This document shows positions 54,221 to 64,000 of a DNA stretch of 64,000 bases, piece after piece. Source of the stretch: Gemmatimonadota bacterium (GTDB lineage Bacteria > Gemmatimonadota > Gemmatimonadetes > Palauibacterales > Palauibacteraceae); assembly GCA_965116475.1 (NCBI GenBank), contig OZ220691.1, positions 416,001 to 480,000 of the forward strand, given 5' to 3'. Every line of letters begins with the position of its first letter. Positions within the stretch are counted from its first letter, which is position 1. Made by a program: the position numbers and the translations under genes. The notes under the pieces were generated by a model that was given only the letters and a program-made list of their open reading frames with translations, searched no databases and was not told the origin of the DNA.

Positions 54221-55443
54221 GCGGGACCGGCGCGTGGACGCCCGCGACGGATGCGAGGACTCCGCCGGCGCATCGGCCCGCGCCCGCTTCGATGCGACTC
54301 TGTCTCGGCGGGGCCGAGTACTGGACGCACCTCGAACGCGACATCCGCGGGGCGCGCGACCATGTCTACATACAGACGCTCTCGTTCGAGGGCGACGCGG
54401 CCGGGCTGGGCCTGGCGGAAGCCGTCCTGGCCTCCGAAGCGCCGCGGAAGCGCATCGTCGCCGACGCCGTGACGAAGTACCTGATCAACGATCGGTTCAT
54501 CGGCCTGCCGCGCGCGCGCCGCGACCCGGTCCTGCAGCGCGAGGTCGCGGCCACCGGCGAGATGTGCGACCGGCTGGAGCGCGGCGGGGTGCCCGTCCGG
54601 TTCACCTGGCCCGTGGGACGCCGGTTTCATCGGCTCATCGTCCGCAACCACAAGAAGCTGGTAGCGATCGACGACCGGATCGCCTACCTGGGCGGCATCA
54701 ACTTCAGCGAGCACAACTTCGCCTGGCACGACTTCATGGTGCGGATCGAGAGCCCGGGGATCGCGGCCTTCCTGCGCCAGGACTTCGAGCACACGTGGCG
54801 GGGGCACGACCGGGCGGCGGCCGCGGAGATCGACGGCGACGAGATCGTGGTCGGCGAAGGCCGGGGCAACGCCGGGCTGCGCGACGCCGTCTCGCGGGCA
54901 CTCGACCGGGCCACCCGCCGGATCATCGTCCAGTGCCCGTACATCAGCGAGCCGTTCTGGAGCGCCCTCGGCCGGGCGCACCGCCGCGGCGTGCACGTCA
55001 CGGTGATGATGCCGGAGGATCACAACCGGGCCGTCATGAAATGGGGCACGCTCGACGCTTCGCGACGCGAGGGCTTCGAGGTCCTCATGCTGCCCGGCCC
55101 CATGACGCACGCGAAGGTGATGCGGATCGACGACTCGGTCGTCCTGGGCTCGGCGAACTTCGACTACGTGAGCTTCCGCATGCAGCCGGAAGTCGTCCTC
55201 ATTACGAGCGCGCCCGGTCTCGTCCGCGAGATCGGAGAACGCATACTGGAGCCCGATCTCGCGCGCTGCCGGCAACCGGCGGAGGAGCGCCGCCACCGCT
55301 GGCGCGAGCGCCTCGGCGGCATCTCGATGCGCCTGCTCGAGTTGCTGTCCTCCTCCGTACGCGAACGCCGCCCAAGCCCGATCCCGCTCGCAACCTGGCG
55401 CGACGGCCCCGCAAACCGGTACCGGGGACCGGCTGGCCCATGA
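54217..55443 (+). CDS. Phospholipase D / cardiolipin synthase-like protein
   Basis: Two HKD motifs (RNHKKLVAIDD..GGIN; HAKVMRIDD..GSAN); GTGA overlap. Confidence 0.88.
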   Translation: MSGTGAWTPATDARTPPAHRPAPASMRLCLGGAEYWTHLERDIRGARDHVYIQTLSFEGDAAGLGLAEAVLASEAPRKRIVADAVTKYLINDRFIGLPRARRDPVLQREVAATGEMCDRLERGGVPVRFTWPVGRRFHRLIVRNHKKLVAIDDRIAYLGGINFSEHNFAWHDFMVRIESPGIAAFLRQDFEHTWRGHDRAAAAEIDGDEIVVGEGRGNAGLRDAVSRALDRATRRIIVQCPYISEPFWSALGRAHRRGVHVTVMMPEDHNRAVMKWGTLDASRREGFEVLMLPGPMTHAKVMRIDDSVVLGSANFDYVSFRMQPEVVLITSAPGLVREIGERILEPDLARCRQPAEERRHRWRERLGGISMRLLELLSSSVRERRPSPIPLATWRDGPANRYRGPAGP

Positions 55444-56546
55444 CTTCGTGGTTTCGGCGGTATCTGCTGCCGGGGTTCGTTTTCCAGTCCATCATCATCG
55501 CGGGCGGGTACGGGACCGGGCGCGAACTCGTGGAATTCTTCCTCCGCTTCGGTCCGCTGGGCGGACTGCTGGGGATGCTCCTCCCATCCACGATCCTCGT
55601 CAGCATCACCGCCATGGCCTCGTTCGAGTTCGTACGCGTCTTCGGGACGTACGACTACCGAACCTTCTTCCAGCGTCTGCTGGGGCGCGGCTGGTTCGTC
55701 TACGAGATCGGGTATCTTGCGGCCGTCCTCCTCATCCTGGCCGTGATCGGCTCCGCGGTGGGGACGTTCCTGCTCGAGACGTTCGGGCTGCCGTACGTCG
55801 CCGGCGTCGTCGGGCTCCTCGTCACCGTCGGCTTCCTCGTCTTCAAGGGGACGGATGCGATCGAGCGCTTCCTTTCGGGCTGGTCGTTCGTCCTTTACGG
55901 CGTCTACGTGGTGTTCTTCGCGTGGTCCATCGGTGCGTTCGGGGATGCGATCGGCGCGGCGTTCGCGTCGGGCGAGGCGCGGGAGGGATGGGCGCTCTCC
56001 GGGTTCCGCTACGGGGTGCTGCAGGTGTCGCTCGTGCCCGCGATGCTGTTCGCGACGCGCCACATCCGGCGTCGGCGGGAGGCGCTGTGGGCAGGCGCCC
56101 TCACCGGGCCGATCGCGATCATCCCCGGCGTCCTCTTCCTCGTGGCGATGGCGGGGCAGTACCCCGGCATCGTGGACCGCCCCGTACCCGCCAACTACCT
56201 CCTCGAACTGCTCGGGTCGCGGGGATTCCAGATCGCCTTCCAGGTCGTCCTCTTCGGCACCCTCATCGAATCCGGCACCGGCGTGATCCACGCGTTCAAC
56301 GAGCGGGTGGCCGGCGTATTCGCGGCGCGCAGGGCCCGCATGCCGTCCGCGCTGCGGCCCGCGGTGGCGGTTCTGCTCCTCATCCTCGCCGCGCTCCTCT
56401 CGAGGTTCGGGATCATCGACCTCATCGCGACCGGCTACGGCGCCCTGAGCTGGGCTTTCCTCTTCATCTTCGTGCTTCCGCTGCTCACCATCGGGATGTA
56501 CAAGCTGTACCAACGCGGAGCCGGGGGGCGCGGAGGATCCGCGTAG
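55440..56546 (+). CDS. YkvI-like membrane protein / putative transporter
   Basis: IAGGYGTGRELVEFF motif, multiple TMs; ATGA overlap. Confidence 0.82.
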   Translation: MTSWFRRYLLPGFVFQSIIIAGGYGTGRELVEFFLRFGPLGGLLGMLLPSTILVSITAMASFEFVRVFGTYDYRTFFQRLLGRGWFVYEIGYLAAVLLILAVIGSAVGTFLLETFGLPYVAGVVGLLVTVGFLVFKGTDAIERFLSGWSFVLYGVYVVFFAWSIGAFGDAIGAAFASGEAREGWALSGFRYGVLQVSLVPAMLFATRHIRRRREALWAGALTGPIAIIPGVLFLVAMAGQYPGIVDRPVPANYLLELLGSRGFQIAFQVVLFGTLIESGTGVIHAFNERVAGVFAARRARMPSALRPAVAVLLLILAALLSRFGIIDLIATGYGALSWAFLFIFVLPLLTIGMYKLYQRGAGGRGGSA

Positions 56547-56642
56547 GGCGAAATCGGGTCGGCGTCCCTATATTGAAGGGTTAGGCAGGAGAAGGGTTCG
56601 GAGAGCCAGATCGCACCGCCGGTGGCGGAGGATGAGCGATTC

Positions 56643-59141
56643 ATGAAGAAACTCGCGATTGCGCTGTCCTGCATCGCGCTTTGGGGGTTGATTTCCACGC
56701 TTCCCGGCGGCTCGTCCCTCTCCGCCCCGCTCCCCGCGCAGGCCCATGAATTCAGCCCGGACACGATCCCGCAGACGATCGTGAACCAGGTGTGTACGAA
56801 CTGCCACAACGACACGCGGGTGCTGGGGAATCTCTCGCTGGAGCGGTTCGAGGTGGAGACGGCGCACCTCGAGGCGGAGACCGCGGAGAAGATGATCCGC
56901 AAGCTGCGGGCCGGGATGATGCCGCCGCCGGGGATCCGGCGCCCGCCGCCCGAGGACCTGCTCGAACTCGCCGCGACGCTCGAGGCGCGGGTCGATGCCG
57001 CGGCGGCCGACCGCCCCGACCCGGGCGTCCGCTCATTCCAGCGGCTGAACCGGGCCGAGTACGAGCGCTCGATCCGGGCGCTCCTCGGGCTCGACATCGA
57101 CGCTTCCGCCTACCTGCCGAACGAGACGATCAGCGCCGGCTTCGACAACATCGCGGACGTCCAGAACCTCTCCGCCACGCTGCTCGAGGGATACCTGACC
57201 GCGGCGAGCGAGATCAGCCGCCTCGCGCTCGGAGACCCGACCGTGACGCCGAGCGAGACCGAGTACGAGGTGTCGCGCTACGCCGAGCAGCGGCAGCACG
57301 TGCCGGGCACGCCGATCGGCACGCGCGGCGGGATCTCCGTCGTGCACAACTTCACCGCGGACGGGGACTACGTCTTCCGGCTCGCCTTCCAGCACGAGTC
57401 GACCGGGAACTTCTTCGGGCAGACGACGCCCTTTGACGAGCAGGTCGAACTCTCCGTGGACGGGGAACGGCGGGCGCTCATCGACATCGACCGCTGGATG
57501 CACCGGCAGGATCCCGACGGGGTTCAGGTCGAGACGGAGCCGATTCACGTGACGGCGGGGCCACACCGCGTGTCCGCCGCCTTCATCAAGCGCTTCGACG
57601 GACCGATCGAAGACCTGGTGTCGCCGCACGAGTGGAGCCTCGCGGACAAGAAGATCGGCTATTCGCACGGGATCACGGTCGTCGCCCACCTCCGCGACCT
57701 CACCATCCGCGGGCCGTTCGGCGTGTCGGGCGTGTCGGAGACGCCAACCCGGGCGCGCGTGCTGACGTGCCGGCCCGAAACCGGGGATGAAACCGAGGGT
57801 GAGAGCGGGGACGAGGCGGAGGTGCGCGCCTGTGCGCGGGAGATCGTGGAGCGGCTGGCGGCGCAGGCCTACCGGCGGCCGGTGGACGAGGCGGACGTCG
57901 ACCCGCTCCTCGCCCTGTACGACGCCGGGGCGGAGGAGGGCGGCTTCGAGGTCGGCGTCCGGACGGCGCTCCAGGGCATCCTCGCGAGCCCGGACTTCAT
58001 CTTCCGCTTCGAGGAACCGCCCGCCGGGGCCGAGACGGAGGGACCGTACCGCATTGCGCCGCTCGATCTCGCGTCGCGGCTCGCCTTCTTCCTGTGGGGG
58101 ATGCCGCCGGACGAAGCGCTCATCGAGGCGGCGCGGACGGGCGGGCTCGATGACGCGGACGGCGTCGAGACCCAGGTCCGCCGCATGCTCGCGCACGCGA
58201 ACGCCGAGGGGTTGGCGATCCGATTCGCCGCGCAATGGCTGCGGCTGCAGGACCTTGACAACGTCCATCCGGATGCGCTCCGCTTCCCCGACTTCTACGA
58301 GCAGCTCGCCCGCGACATGCGCCGCGAGACGGAGCTCCTGTTCGAGCACCTCGTGCGGGAGGACCGCAGCTTCTTCGAGTTGCTGACGGCGGACTACACG
58401 TTCGTCAACGAGCGGCTCGCGCGGCACTACGGGTTCTCCGGCGTGGCCGGGACCCACTTCCGGAAAGTCGGCTATCCCGACGACGTCCGGCGCGGCGTGC
58501 TGGCGCACGGGAGCATCCTCACCTCGACCTCGCACGCGAACCGGACCTCGCCCGTGCTGCGGGGCAAGTGGATCATGGAGGTCCTGTTCGGGACGCCGCC
58601 GCCCCCGCCGCCGCCGGACGTGCCGGACCTGGAGGCGATCGACGAGGCCGAGGAGGGCCGCTTCCTGACGGTGCGCGAACGGCTGGAGATGCACCGCGCG
58701 AGCCCGGCCTGCCGCTCGTGCCACCGCGTCATCGATCCGCTCGGCCTCGCGCTCGAGAACTTCGACGTCACGGGCGCGTACCGGATCAACGACCAGGGAC
58801 GCACGGTCGACCCCAGCGGCGATCTGTACGACGGGACGCCGCTCTCCGGGCCGGCCGACCTGCGGACCGCCCTGCTCACGCGGCGCGAGTCGCTGGCGCG
58901 GGCGTTCACCGAGAGCCTCATGGCCTACGCGCTCGGGCGCCGCGTCGAGTACTTCGACATGCCGACCGTGCGCCGTATCGTGCGCCGCGCGGAGGCAGAG
59001 GACTACCGCATGTCCGCCTTCATCCTCGGGGTGGCGGAGAGCCCGGCCTTCCTCATGAGCCGTGGCGGCGCCATCGTCGAACAGGGTGGCGAACAGGGGG
59101 TCGAACAGGGGGTCGAACAGGGGGAAGAGGCCGGCAGCTAG
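56643..59141 (+). CDS. DUF1592-family (PSCyt/PSD multi-domain) exported c-type cytochrome-like protein
   Basis: Signal peptide; CTNCH and CRSCH haem motifs; GMMPP, RLNRAEY, LASRLAFFLW, TSPVLRGKWI, GLALENFD. Confidence 0.88.
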   Translation: MKKLAIALSCIALWGLISTLPGGSSLSAPLPAQAHEFSPDTIPQTIVNQVCTNCHNDTRVLGNLSLERFEVETAHLEAETAEKMIRKLRAGMMPPPGIRRPPPEDLLELAATLEARVDAAAADRPDPGVRSFQRLNRAEYERSIRALLGLDIDASAYLPNETISAGFDNIADVQNLSATLLEGYLTAASEISRLALGDPTVTPSETEYEVSRYAEQRQHVPGTPIGTRGGISVVHNFTADGDYVFRLAFQHESTGNFFGQTTPFDEQVELSVDGERRALIDIDRWMHRQDPDGVQVETEPIHVTAGPHRVSAAFIKRFDGPIEDLVSPHEWSLADKKIGYSHGITVVAHLRDLTIRGPFGVSGVSETPTRARVLTCRPETGDETEGESGDEAEVRACAREIVERLAAQAYRRPVDEADVDPLLALYDAGAEEGGFEVGVRTALQGILASPDFIFRFEEPPAGAETEGPYRIAPLDLASRLAFFLWGMPPDEALIEAARTGGLDDADGVETQVRRMLAHANAEGLAIRFAAQWLRLQDLDNVHPDALRFPDFYEQLARDMRRETELLFEHLVREDRSFFELLTADYTFVNERLARHYGFSGVAGTHFRKVGYPDDVRRGVLAHGSILTSTSHANRTSPVLRGKWIMEVLFGTPPPPPPPDVPDLEAIDEAEEGRFLTVRERLEMHRASPACRSCHRVIDPLGLALENFDVTGAYRINDQGRTVDPSGDLYDGTPLSGPADLRTALLTRRESLARAFTESLMAYALGRRVEYFDMPTVRRIVRRAEAEDYRMSAFILGVAESPAFLMSRGGAIVEQGGEQGVEQGVEQGEEAGS
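59076..59123 (+). repeat. 12-bp tandem repeat x4 (encodes VEQG/GEQG)
   Basis: GTCGAACAGGGT GGCGAACAGGGG GTCGAACAGGGG GTCGAACAGGGG. Confidence 0.85.
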
Positions 59142-59143
59142 AG

Positions 59144-59215
59144 CCGGGGGACGGACCGGGAGACAGGCCAGGCGACGGACCGGGCAACCGACCGGGGCAC
59201 CAACCAGGGGACGTG
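59144..59215 (+). repeat. Degenerate 12-bp tandem repeat x6 (CCRGGn-rAC type), intergenic
   Basis: CCGGGGGACGGA CCGGGAGACAGG CCAGGCGACGGA CCGGGCAACCGA CCGGGGCACCAA CCAGGGGACGTG. Confidence 0.75.
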
Positions 59216-59221
59216 ACGCAG

Positions 59222-60631
59222 ATGGACATCATCACCGGAAAGCACATTCCGCGCCGCACCTTCCTCCGCGGGGTCGGGGCCACGGTGGCGCTCCCAATGC
59301 TGGACGCCATGGTTCCCGCCGGACGGCTCTGGGGGTCGATCCGCCCCGCGGATCCGACGCGGCTGATCGCGATCGAGATGGTGCACGGCGCGGCGGGCTC
59401 GACCGCCTACGGCGCGTCGCGCGGCTACTGGTCGCCGCTGCAGACCGGCCGTGACTTCGACCTCAGCACCGGGGCGCTCGCCTCTCTCGAACCGTTCCGC
59501 GACCGGCTCACGATCATCAGCGACACGGACATCGAGTCGGCGGAGGCGAGGATCCCCAAGGAGATCGGCGGCGACCATTTCCGGTCCAGCGCGACCTTCC
59601 TGACCCAGTCCCACCCCCGGCAGACGGAGGGCTCGGACATCCTGGCCGGGACGTCGATGGATCAGCTCTACGCCCAGCGCTTCGGGCAGGATACGCCGAT
59701 CCCCTCCATGCAGCTCTGCATCGAGAATGTGGACCAGTCCGGCGGGTGCGCGTACGGCTACGCCTGCGTGTACACCGACACGATCAGCTGGGCGTCGCCG
59801 ACGGAACCGCTGCCCATGATCCGTGATCCGCGGGTCGCCTTCGACCAGTTGTTCGGCGCCGGCGGCAGCGCGGAGGAACGCGCCGCCCGCCGCCGGGCGA
59901 ACCGGAGCGTGCTCGACTTCATCGCGGGCCGCATCGGCGAACTCCGCCGCGAGCTGGGACCCGTCGACGTGCGCCGGCTCGACCGCTACCTCGACAACGT
60001 GCGCGAGATCGAGCGGCGCATCGAGCGGGTGGAGACGCAGAACCGGAGCGGCGAGGAGCGGGCGCTGCCCGAGGCGCCGGCCGGCGTGCCCGACTCGTTC
60101 GTCGAGCACGTGCAGCTGATGTTCGATCTCCAGGCGCTCGCCTTCGAGTCCGACATGACGCGCGTGTTCTCATTCAAGCTGGGGCGCGACTCCTCGGCCC
60201 GCGTCTTCCCCGAGAGCGGCGTCGACAAGCCGTTCCACCCGGCCTCGCACCACGGCGCCGACGAGGGGAACATCGACGACTTCGCGCAGATCAACCGCTT
60301 CCACGTGTCGATGGTCCCGTACCTGCTCGAACGGCTGCGGAACACGATGGACGGCGAGACGGACCTGCTCGAGAAGACGATGGTCATCTACGGCTCGCCG
60401 ATGGGCGATCCCAACGTGCACAACCACAAGCGCTGCCCCCTGTTCGTGGCGGGCGGGGCGAACGGGAAGCTGGACGGCGGGCTGCACGTGCGGGCCGCGC
60501 CGGGTACGCCGATGGCCAACGCCCTCCTCTCGCTGATGCATACGCTCGGGCTGGAGGACGTCGAGCAGTTCGGGGACAGCACCGGCACCCTGTCGCTCGA
60601 CGCCCCCGACACAAGCGCGGCCGGCTCGTGA
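59222..60631 (+). CDS. DUF1552-family protein with Tat-like signal
   Basis: PRRTFLRGVGATVALPMLDAM, SMDQ, CAYGYACVYTDTISW, RSVLD, HNH. Confidence 0.88.
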   Translation: MDIITGKHIPRRTFLRGVGATVALPMLDAMVPAGRLWGSIRPADPTRLIAIEMVHGAAGSTAYGASRGYWSPLQTGRDFDLSTGALASLEPFRDRLTIISDTDIESAEARIPKEIGGDHFRSSATFLTQSHPRQTEGSDILAGTSMDQLYAQRFGQDTPIPSMQLCIENVDQSGGCAYGYACVYTDTISWASPTEPLPMIRDPRVAFDQLFGAGGSAEERAARRRANRSVLDFIAGRIGELRRELGPVDVRRLDRYLDNVREIERRIERVETQNRSGEERALPEAPAGVPDSFVEHVQLMFDLQALAFESDMTRVFSFKLGRDSSARVFPESGVDKPFHPASHHGADEGNIDDFAQINRFHVSMVPYLLERLRNTMDGETDLLEKTMVIYGSPMGDPNVHNHKRCPLFVAGGANGKLDGGLHVRAAPGTPMANALLSLMHTLGLEDVEQFGDSTGTLSLDAPDTSAAGS

Positions 60632-62433
60632 AGCGGTACGGTCGCCCCCGGGTCGCCGCGCCCCGGGTCGCCGCGGCCGTGAAGCCGCCGGCGGTCGCGC
60701 TGCTGGCGGTACTTCTGAGCGGCGCGCTGTCCCCGGATTCGCCGGTCGCCGACGCGGCGATGACGGGCGACGTCGCCGCCGTGCGGGCGCTCCTCTCCGA
60801 CGGGGCGGACGTGAACGCGCCGCAGGGCGACGGCATGACCGCACTCCACTGGGCGGCCCGCGCCGCGAACGCCGACCTGGCCGGGCTGCTCCTCGAGGCC
60901 GGCGCGAATGTCGGCGCCAGCACCCGCATCGGCGCCTATACGCCGCTGCACCTCGCGAGCGAAGTCGGTAGCGCGCCGGTCGTGCGCCTCCTGCTCGACG
61001 GCGGCGCGGCGCAGACCGCCACCACCGACGACGTGGGCGGCGCCACTCCGCTGCACCTCGCCGCCGCCGCGGGCAGCGCGGACGCCGTTCGCCTGCTCCT
61101 CGAGCGCGGCGGCGACGCCGACGGCCGCGAGGCGCGCTGGGGCCAGACGCCCCTCATGTACGCGGCCGGCGGCGGCCGGGAAGCCGCGGTGCGCGCGCTG
61201 CTCGACGGCGGCGCGGATCCCGCCCTCGCCACCTGGGTGACCGACATCACGGCCGTGACCGAGTGGTCGCAGGCCGACCGCCGCGCTCGCGCGGCCCGGA
61301 TGCGTGGCGAGCCCGAGCCCCCCGTGCCGCCCCGCCCCGCCCCGTCCGACAAACCCCTGGTCGCCGGCCCGGAGGTCTCGGGCGCGCGTCCTGTCGTGGA
61401 GGATGAAGAGGGGTACGAGCGTCCGATCGAGGAGCCCGAGCCGCTCGGCTACGGCGACCTGATCGGCGGCCACGGCGGCATGACCGCCCTGCTTCACGCC
61501 GCCCGCGAGGGGCACGCCGGCTCCGTGCGCGCGCTCATCGAGGGCGGGGCGGACGTCGACCAGGTGAGCGGCGGCGACCGCACGAGCCCCATGCTCATCG
61601 CGATGATCAACGGCCACTTCGACCTCGCCATGGAACTGTTCGAGGCAGGAGCCGATCCCCGACTCGCCTCTGCCGCCGGCGCGACCCCGCTCTTCGCCGC
61701 CCTCAACGCCCACTGGGCGCCGAAGTCGCGTTACCCGCAGCAGCACGCCTACGGGCAGCAGCGACACAGCTATCTGGACGTCATGCGGCGCCTGCTCGAC
61801 GCCGGCGTGGATCCCAACGCCCGCCTCGAGAAGCACCTGTGGTGGGTGTCGTACAACTTCGACCTCCTGCAGATCGACCTGAAGGGCGCGACCCCCTTCT
61901 GGCGCGCCGCCTACTCGCTGGACGTGGAGGCGATGAAGCTCCTGGTCGAGTACGGCGCCGACCCCCACCTCGCCACGATCAAGGTGCCCCCGCGGCGGCT
62001 CCCGGCCTGGGACCGCGAGAAGCGCGACCTGTCCGGCGTTCCCCCGGTGCCCGTGGGCGGCCCCGCCGACTACCCGATCCACGCCGCGACCGGCATCGGG
62101 TACGGCCAGGGCTTCCCCAGCAACGCCCACCGGTACGTCCCGGACGGCTGGCTGCCCGCCGTCCGCTATCTCGTCGAGGAACTCGGCGCCGACGTGAACC
62201 AGCGCGACGACGAGGGCTACACGCCGCTCCACAACGCGGCCTCGCGCGGCGACCTCGAGGTCATCCGCTTCCTCGTCGAGCACGGCGCGGACCCGACCGC
62301 CGTGAGCCGCGTGGGCCAGACCACCGCGGACATGGCCAACGGCCCCTACCAGCGCACCCAGCCCTTCCCGGAGGCCGTCGCCCTGCTCGAGAGCCTCGGC
62401 TCGAAGAACAATCACAACTGCGTGTCCTGCTGA
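60628..62433 (+). CDS. Exported ankyrin-repeat protein
   Basis: Repeated TALH/TPLH..A..G...V..LL..GAD motifs; signal-like N-terminus; C-terminal CVSC; GTGA overlap (true start may be slightly downstream). Confidence 0.9.
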   Translation: MKRYGRPRVAAPRVAAAVKPPAVALLAVLLSGALSPDSPVADAAMTGDVAAVRALLSDGADVNAPQGDGMTALHWAARAANADLAGLLLEAGANVGASTRIGAYTPLHLASEVGSAPVVRLLLDGGAAQTATTDDVGGATPLHLAAAAGSADAVRLLLERGGDADGREARWGQTPLMYAAGGGREAAVRALLDGGADPALATWVTDITAVTEWSQADRRARAARMRGEPEPPVPPRPAPSDKPLVAGPEVSGARPVVEDEEGYERPIEEPEPLGYGDLIGGHGGMTALLHAAREGHAGSVRALIEGGADVDQVSGGDRTSPMLIAMINGHFDLAMELFEAGADPRLASAAGATPLFAALNAHWAPKSRYPQQHAYGQQRHSYLDVMRRLLDAGVDPNARLEKHLWWVSYNFDLLQIDLKGATPFWRAAYSLDVEAMKLLVEYGADPHLATIKVPPRRLPAWDREKRDLSGVPPVPVGGPADYPIHAATGIGYGQGFPSNAHRYVPDGWLPAVRYLVEELGADVNQRDDEGYTPLHNAASRGDLEVIRFLVEHGADPTAVSRVGQTTADMANGPYQRTQPFPEAVALLESLGSKNNHNCVSC

Positions 62434-62461
62434 GCCGCAGCCCGCCCGCATCAGTCCAGCC

Positions 62462-64000
62462 ATGATCACCGTCTCAGGCCTCGGGAAGGCGTTCGGCGGC
62501 CAGGTTCTCTTCCGCGACGCGACCTTCCTCCTCAACCCCGGCGCGTGCTACGGCCTCGTGGGCGCGAACGGATCCGGCAAGACCACGCTTCTCAACATCC
62601 TCGGCGGCACCGAGGACCCGACGGAGGGATCCGTCACCATCCCGAAACGCCTCCAGGTCGGCGTCCTGCGCCAGGACCACTTCCTCCACGATGACGAGGA
62701 GATCCTCGGCGCCACGCTCATGGGGAACCCCGACCTGTGGCGCGCCATGGTCGAGCGGGAGGCGCTCGTCGAGGCGGAGGATGGAGACTTCGACGCCGAC
62801 CGCTTCTCCGAACTCGAGGAGATCTTCCAGCGCCACGACGGCTACACGGCGGAGGCCCGTGCGGGCGAGATCCTCGAGGGCCTCGGCTTCCCCAGCGACA
62901 TCCACCGCCGTCCGCTCTCCACCCTCTCGGGCGGGTTCAAGCTCCGGGTGCTGCTCGCCCAGGCGCTCGCCGGGGCGCCCGACGTCCTCCTCCTCGACGA
63001 GCCCACGAACCACCTCGACATCCTCTCCATCCGCTGGCTCGAGAAGTTCCTGCGGGAGTTCAAGGGGGCGATCGTCGTCATCTCCCACGACCACCGCTTT
63101 CTCGACAATATCGCCACGCACATCCTCGACATCGACTACGAGACGGTCACGACATACAGGGGCAACTATGACGACTACCTGGGCCGAAAGAAGGAGGACC
63201 AGGAGAGACGGGAGAAGGAACTCGCGAACCGCGAGCGCGAGATCGCCCACCACCGACAGTTCGTCGACCGCTTCCGGGCCAAGGCGAGCAAGGCGCGACA
63301 GGCCCAGAGCAAGCTGCGTCTCATAGAGAAGAAGGCGGAGGCGCTGCAGCCGCTCCCGGCCTCCTCGCGCCGCTATCCGAACTTCCGCTTCGAGTCGCGC
63401 CGCCCGAGCGGGCGCACGGTCCTCGGAGTCGAGGGCGTGAAGAAGGCGTTCGGCGACGGCGAAGAACTGAACGAAGTCCTCCACGGCGTCGACCTGGCCC
63501 TCGAGCGCGGCGACCGCATGGCGATCATGGGCCCCAACGGGATCGGCAAGTCCACCCTGCTCAAGATCGTCATGGGCGAACTCGCCTCCGACGCCGGCCG
63601 CGTGACATGGGGCTACGAGACGCACCCGAGCTATTTCGCGCAGGACCAGGAGGCCCGCTTCGACTCGCCGGGGCAGACCGCCGAAGACTGGATCGCGGGT
63701 TTCTGCCCCGGCCGGACCCTCGGGTTCGTGCGCGGCGAGATGGGGCGTGTGCTCTTCTCCGGCGACGACGCCAAGAAACGGGTCGGCAACCTTTCCGGCG
63801 GCGAGGCCGCCCGCCTCGCCTTCTGCCGCATGGCGATCGAGCGGCCCAACGTCCTCGTCCTCGACGAGCCCACGAACCACCTCGACCTTGAGTCCATCGA
63901 GTCCCTCGTCGAGGCCCTCCGGAGCTACGACGGCACGCTCATCCTCGTCTCGCACGACCGCTGGTTCGTCTCGCAGCTCGCGACCCGCATCGTCGAGATC
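62462..64000 (+). CDS. ABC-F family ATPase (partial, runs off the window end; absent from the ORF track)
   Basis: Translated by eye from ATG 62462: GANGSGKTT, LSGG, LLLDEPTNHLD, second GPNGIGKST, LSGGE, DEPTNHLD, SHDR. Confidence 0.92.
   Translation, partial: MITVSGLGKAFGGQVLFRDATFLLNPGACYGLVGANGSGKTTLLNILGGTEDPTEGSVTIPKRLQVGVLRQDHFLHDDEEILGATLMGNPDLWRAMVEREALVEAEDGDFDADRFSELEEIFQRHDGYTAEARAGEILEGLGFPSDIHRRPLSTLSGGFKLRVLLAQALAGAPDVLLLDEPTNHLDILSIRWLEKFLREFKGAIVVISHDHRFLDNIATHILDIDYETVTTYRGNYDDYLGRKKEDQERREKELANREREIAHHRQFVDRFRAKASKARQAQSKLRLIEKKAEALQPLPASSRRYPNFRFESRRPSGRTVLGVEGVKKAFGDGEELNEVLHGVDLALERGDRMAIMGPNGIGKSTLLKIVMGELASDAGRVTWGYETHPSYFAQDQEARFDSPGQTAEDWIAGFCPGRTLGFVRGEMGRVLFSGDDAKKRVGNLSGGEAARLAFCRMAIERPNVLVLDEPTNHLDLESIESLVEALRSYDGTLILVSHDRWFVSQLATRIVEI

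Noticed and set aside
59076..59215. Possible CRISPR array
   Set aside because: Units are 12 bp, contiguous and without spacers; no cas genes in the window.
62474..63955. 493-aa minus-strand ORF
   Set aside because: Shadow of the plus-strand ABC-F gene, which the ORF track missed because it has no stop in the window.

Overview
GC-rich bacterial window. The gene content (form I CO dehydrogenase, sup-type PKS, ankyrin protein, many TA modules) resembles marine sponge-symbiont genomes, possibly Gemmatimonadota; the taxonomy is inference. In order: (1) a coxG-M-S-L aerobic CO dehydrogenase cluster (0.25-4.5 kb). (2) A ~16 kb defence-type island with lower-GC patches (4.55-20.45 kb): two orphan genes, an IS3 remnant, a decayed nucleoside-deoxyribosyltransferase-like gene, and a co-oriented minus-strand run of Fic (frameshifted), hsdM, AbiEi, truncated AbiEii, a Sir2/SEC-C protein, a second AbiEi, hsdS, an hsdR fused to a C-terminal Schlafen/AlbA_2 domain, and a Ser/Thr kinase. 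(3) An unannotated 42-codon, 9-Cys, probably leaderless sORF plus intrinsic terminator directly upstream of an ATP-grasp ligase, a candidate cysteine-sensing attenuator. (4) A BCCT transporter bracketed by two paralogous RHH-PIN TA operons, a PptH-like phosphoesterase, tdk, an antitoxin-peptidase chimera, a RelE/HigA-type TA pair, a hydrolase and an MFS. (5) An acyl-CoA/beta-oxidation-type operon. (6) A sup-like PKS locus (free ACP, hydrolase, NCS2 permease, 3453-aa PKS). (7) Creatininase-family, lipid-modification, DUF1592-DUF1552-ankyrin and partial ABC-F genes. No rRNA, tRNA, CRISPR array or integrase was recognised. All family calls come from motif recognition by eye, not from database searches.
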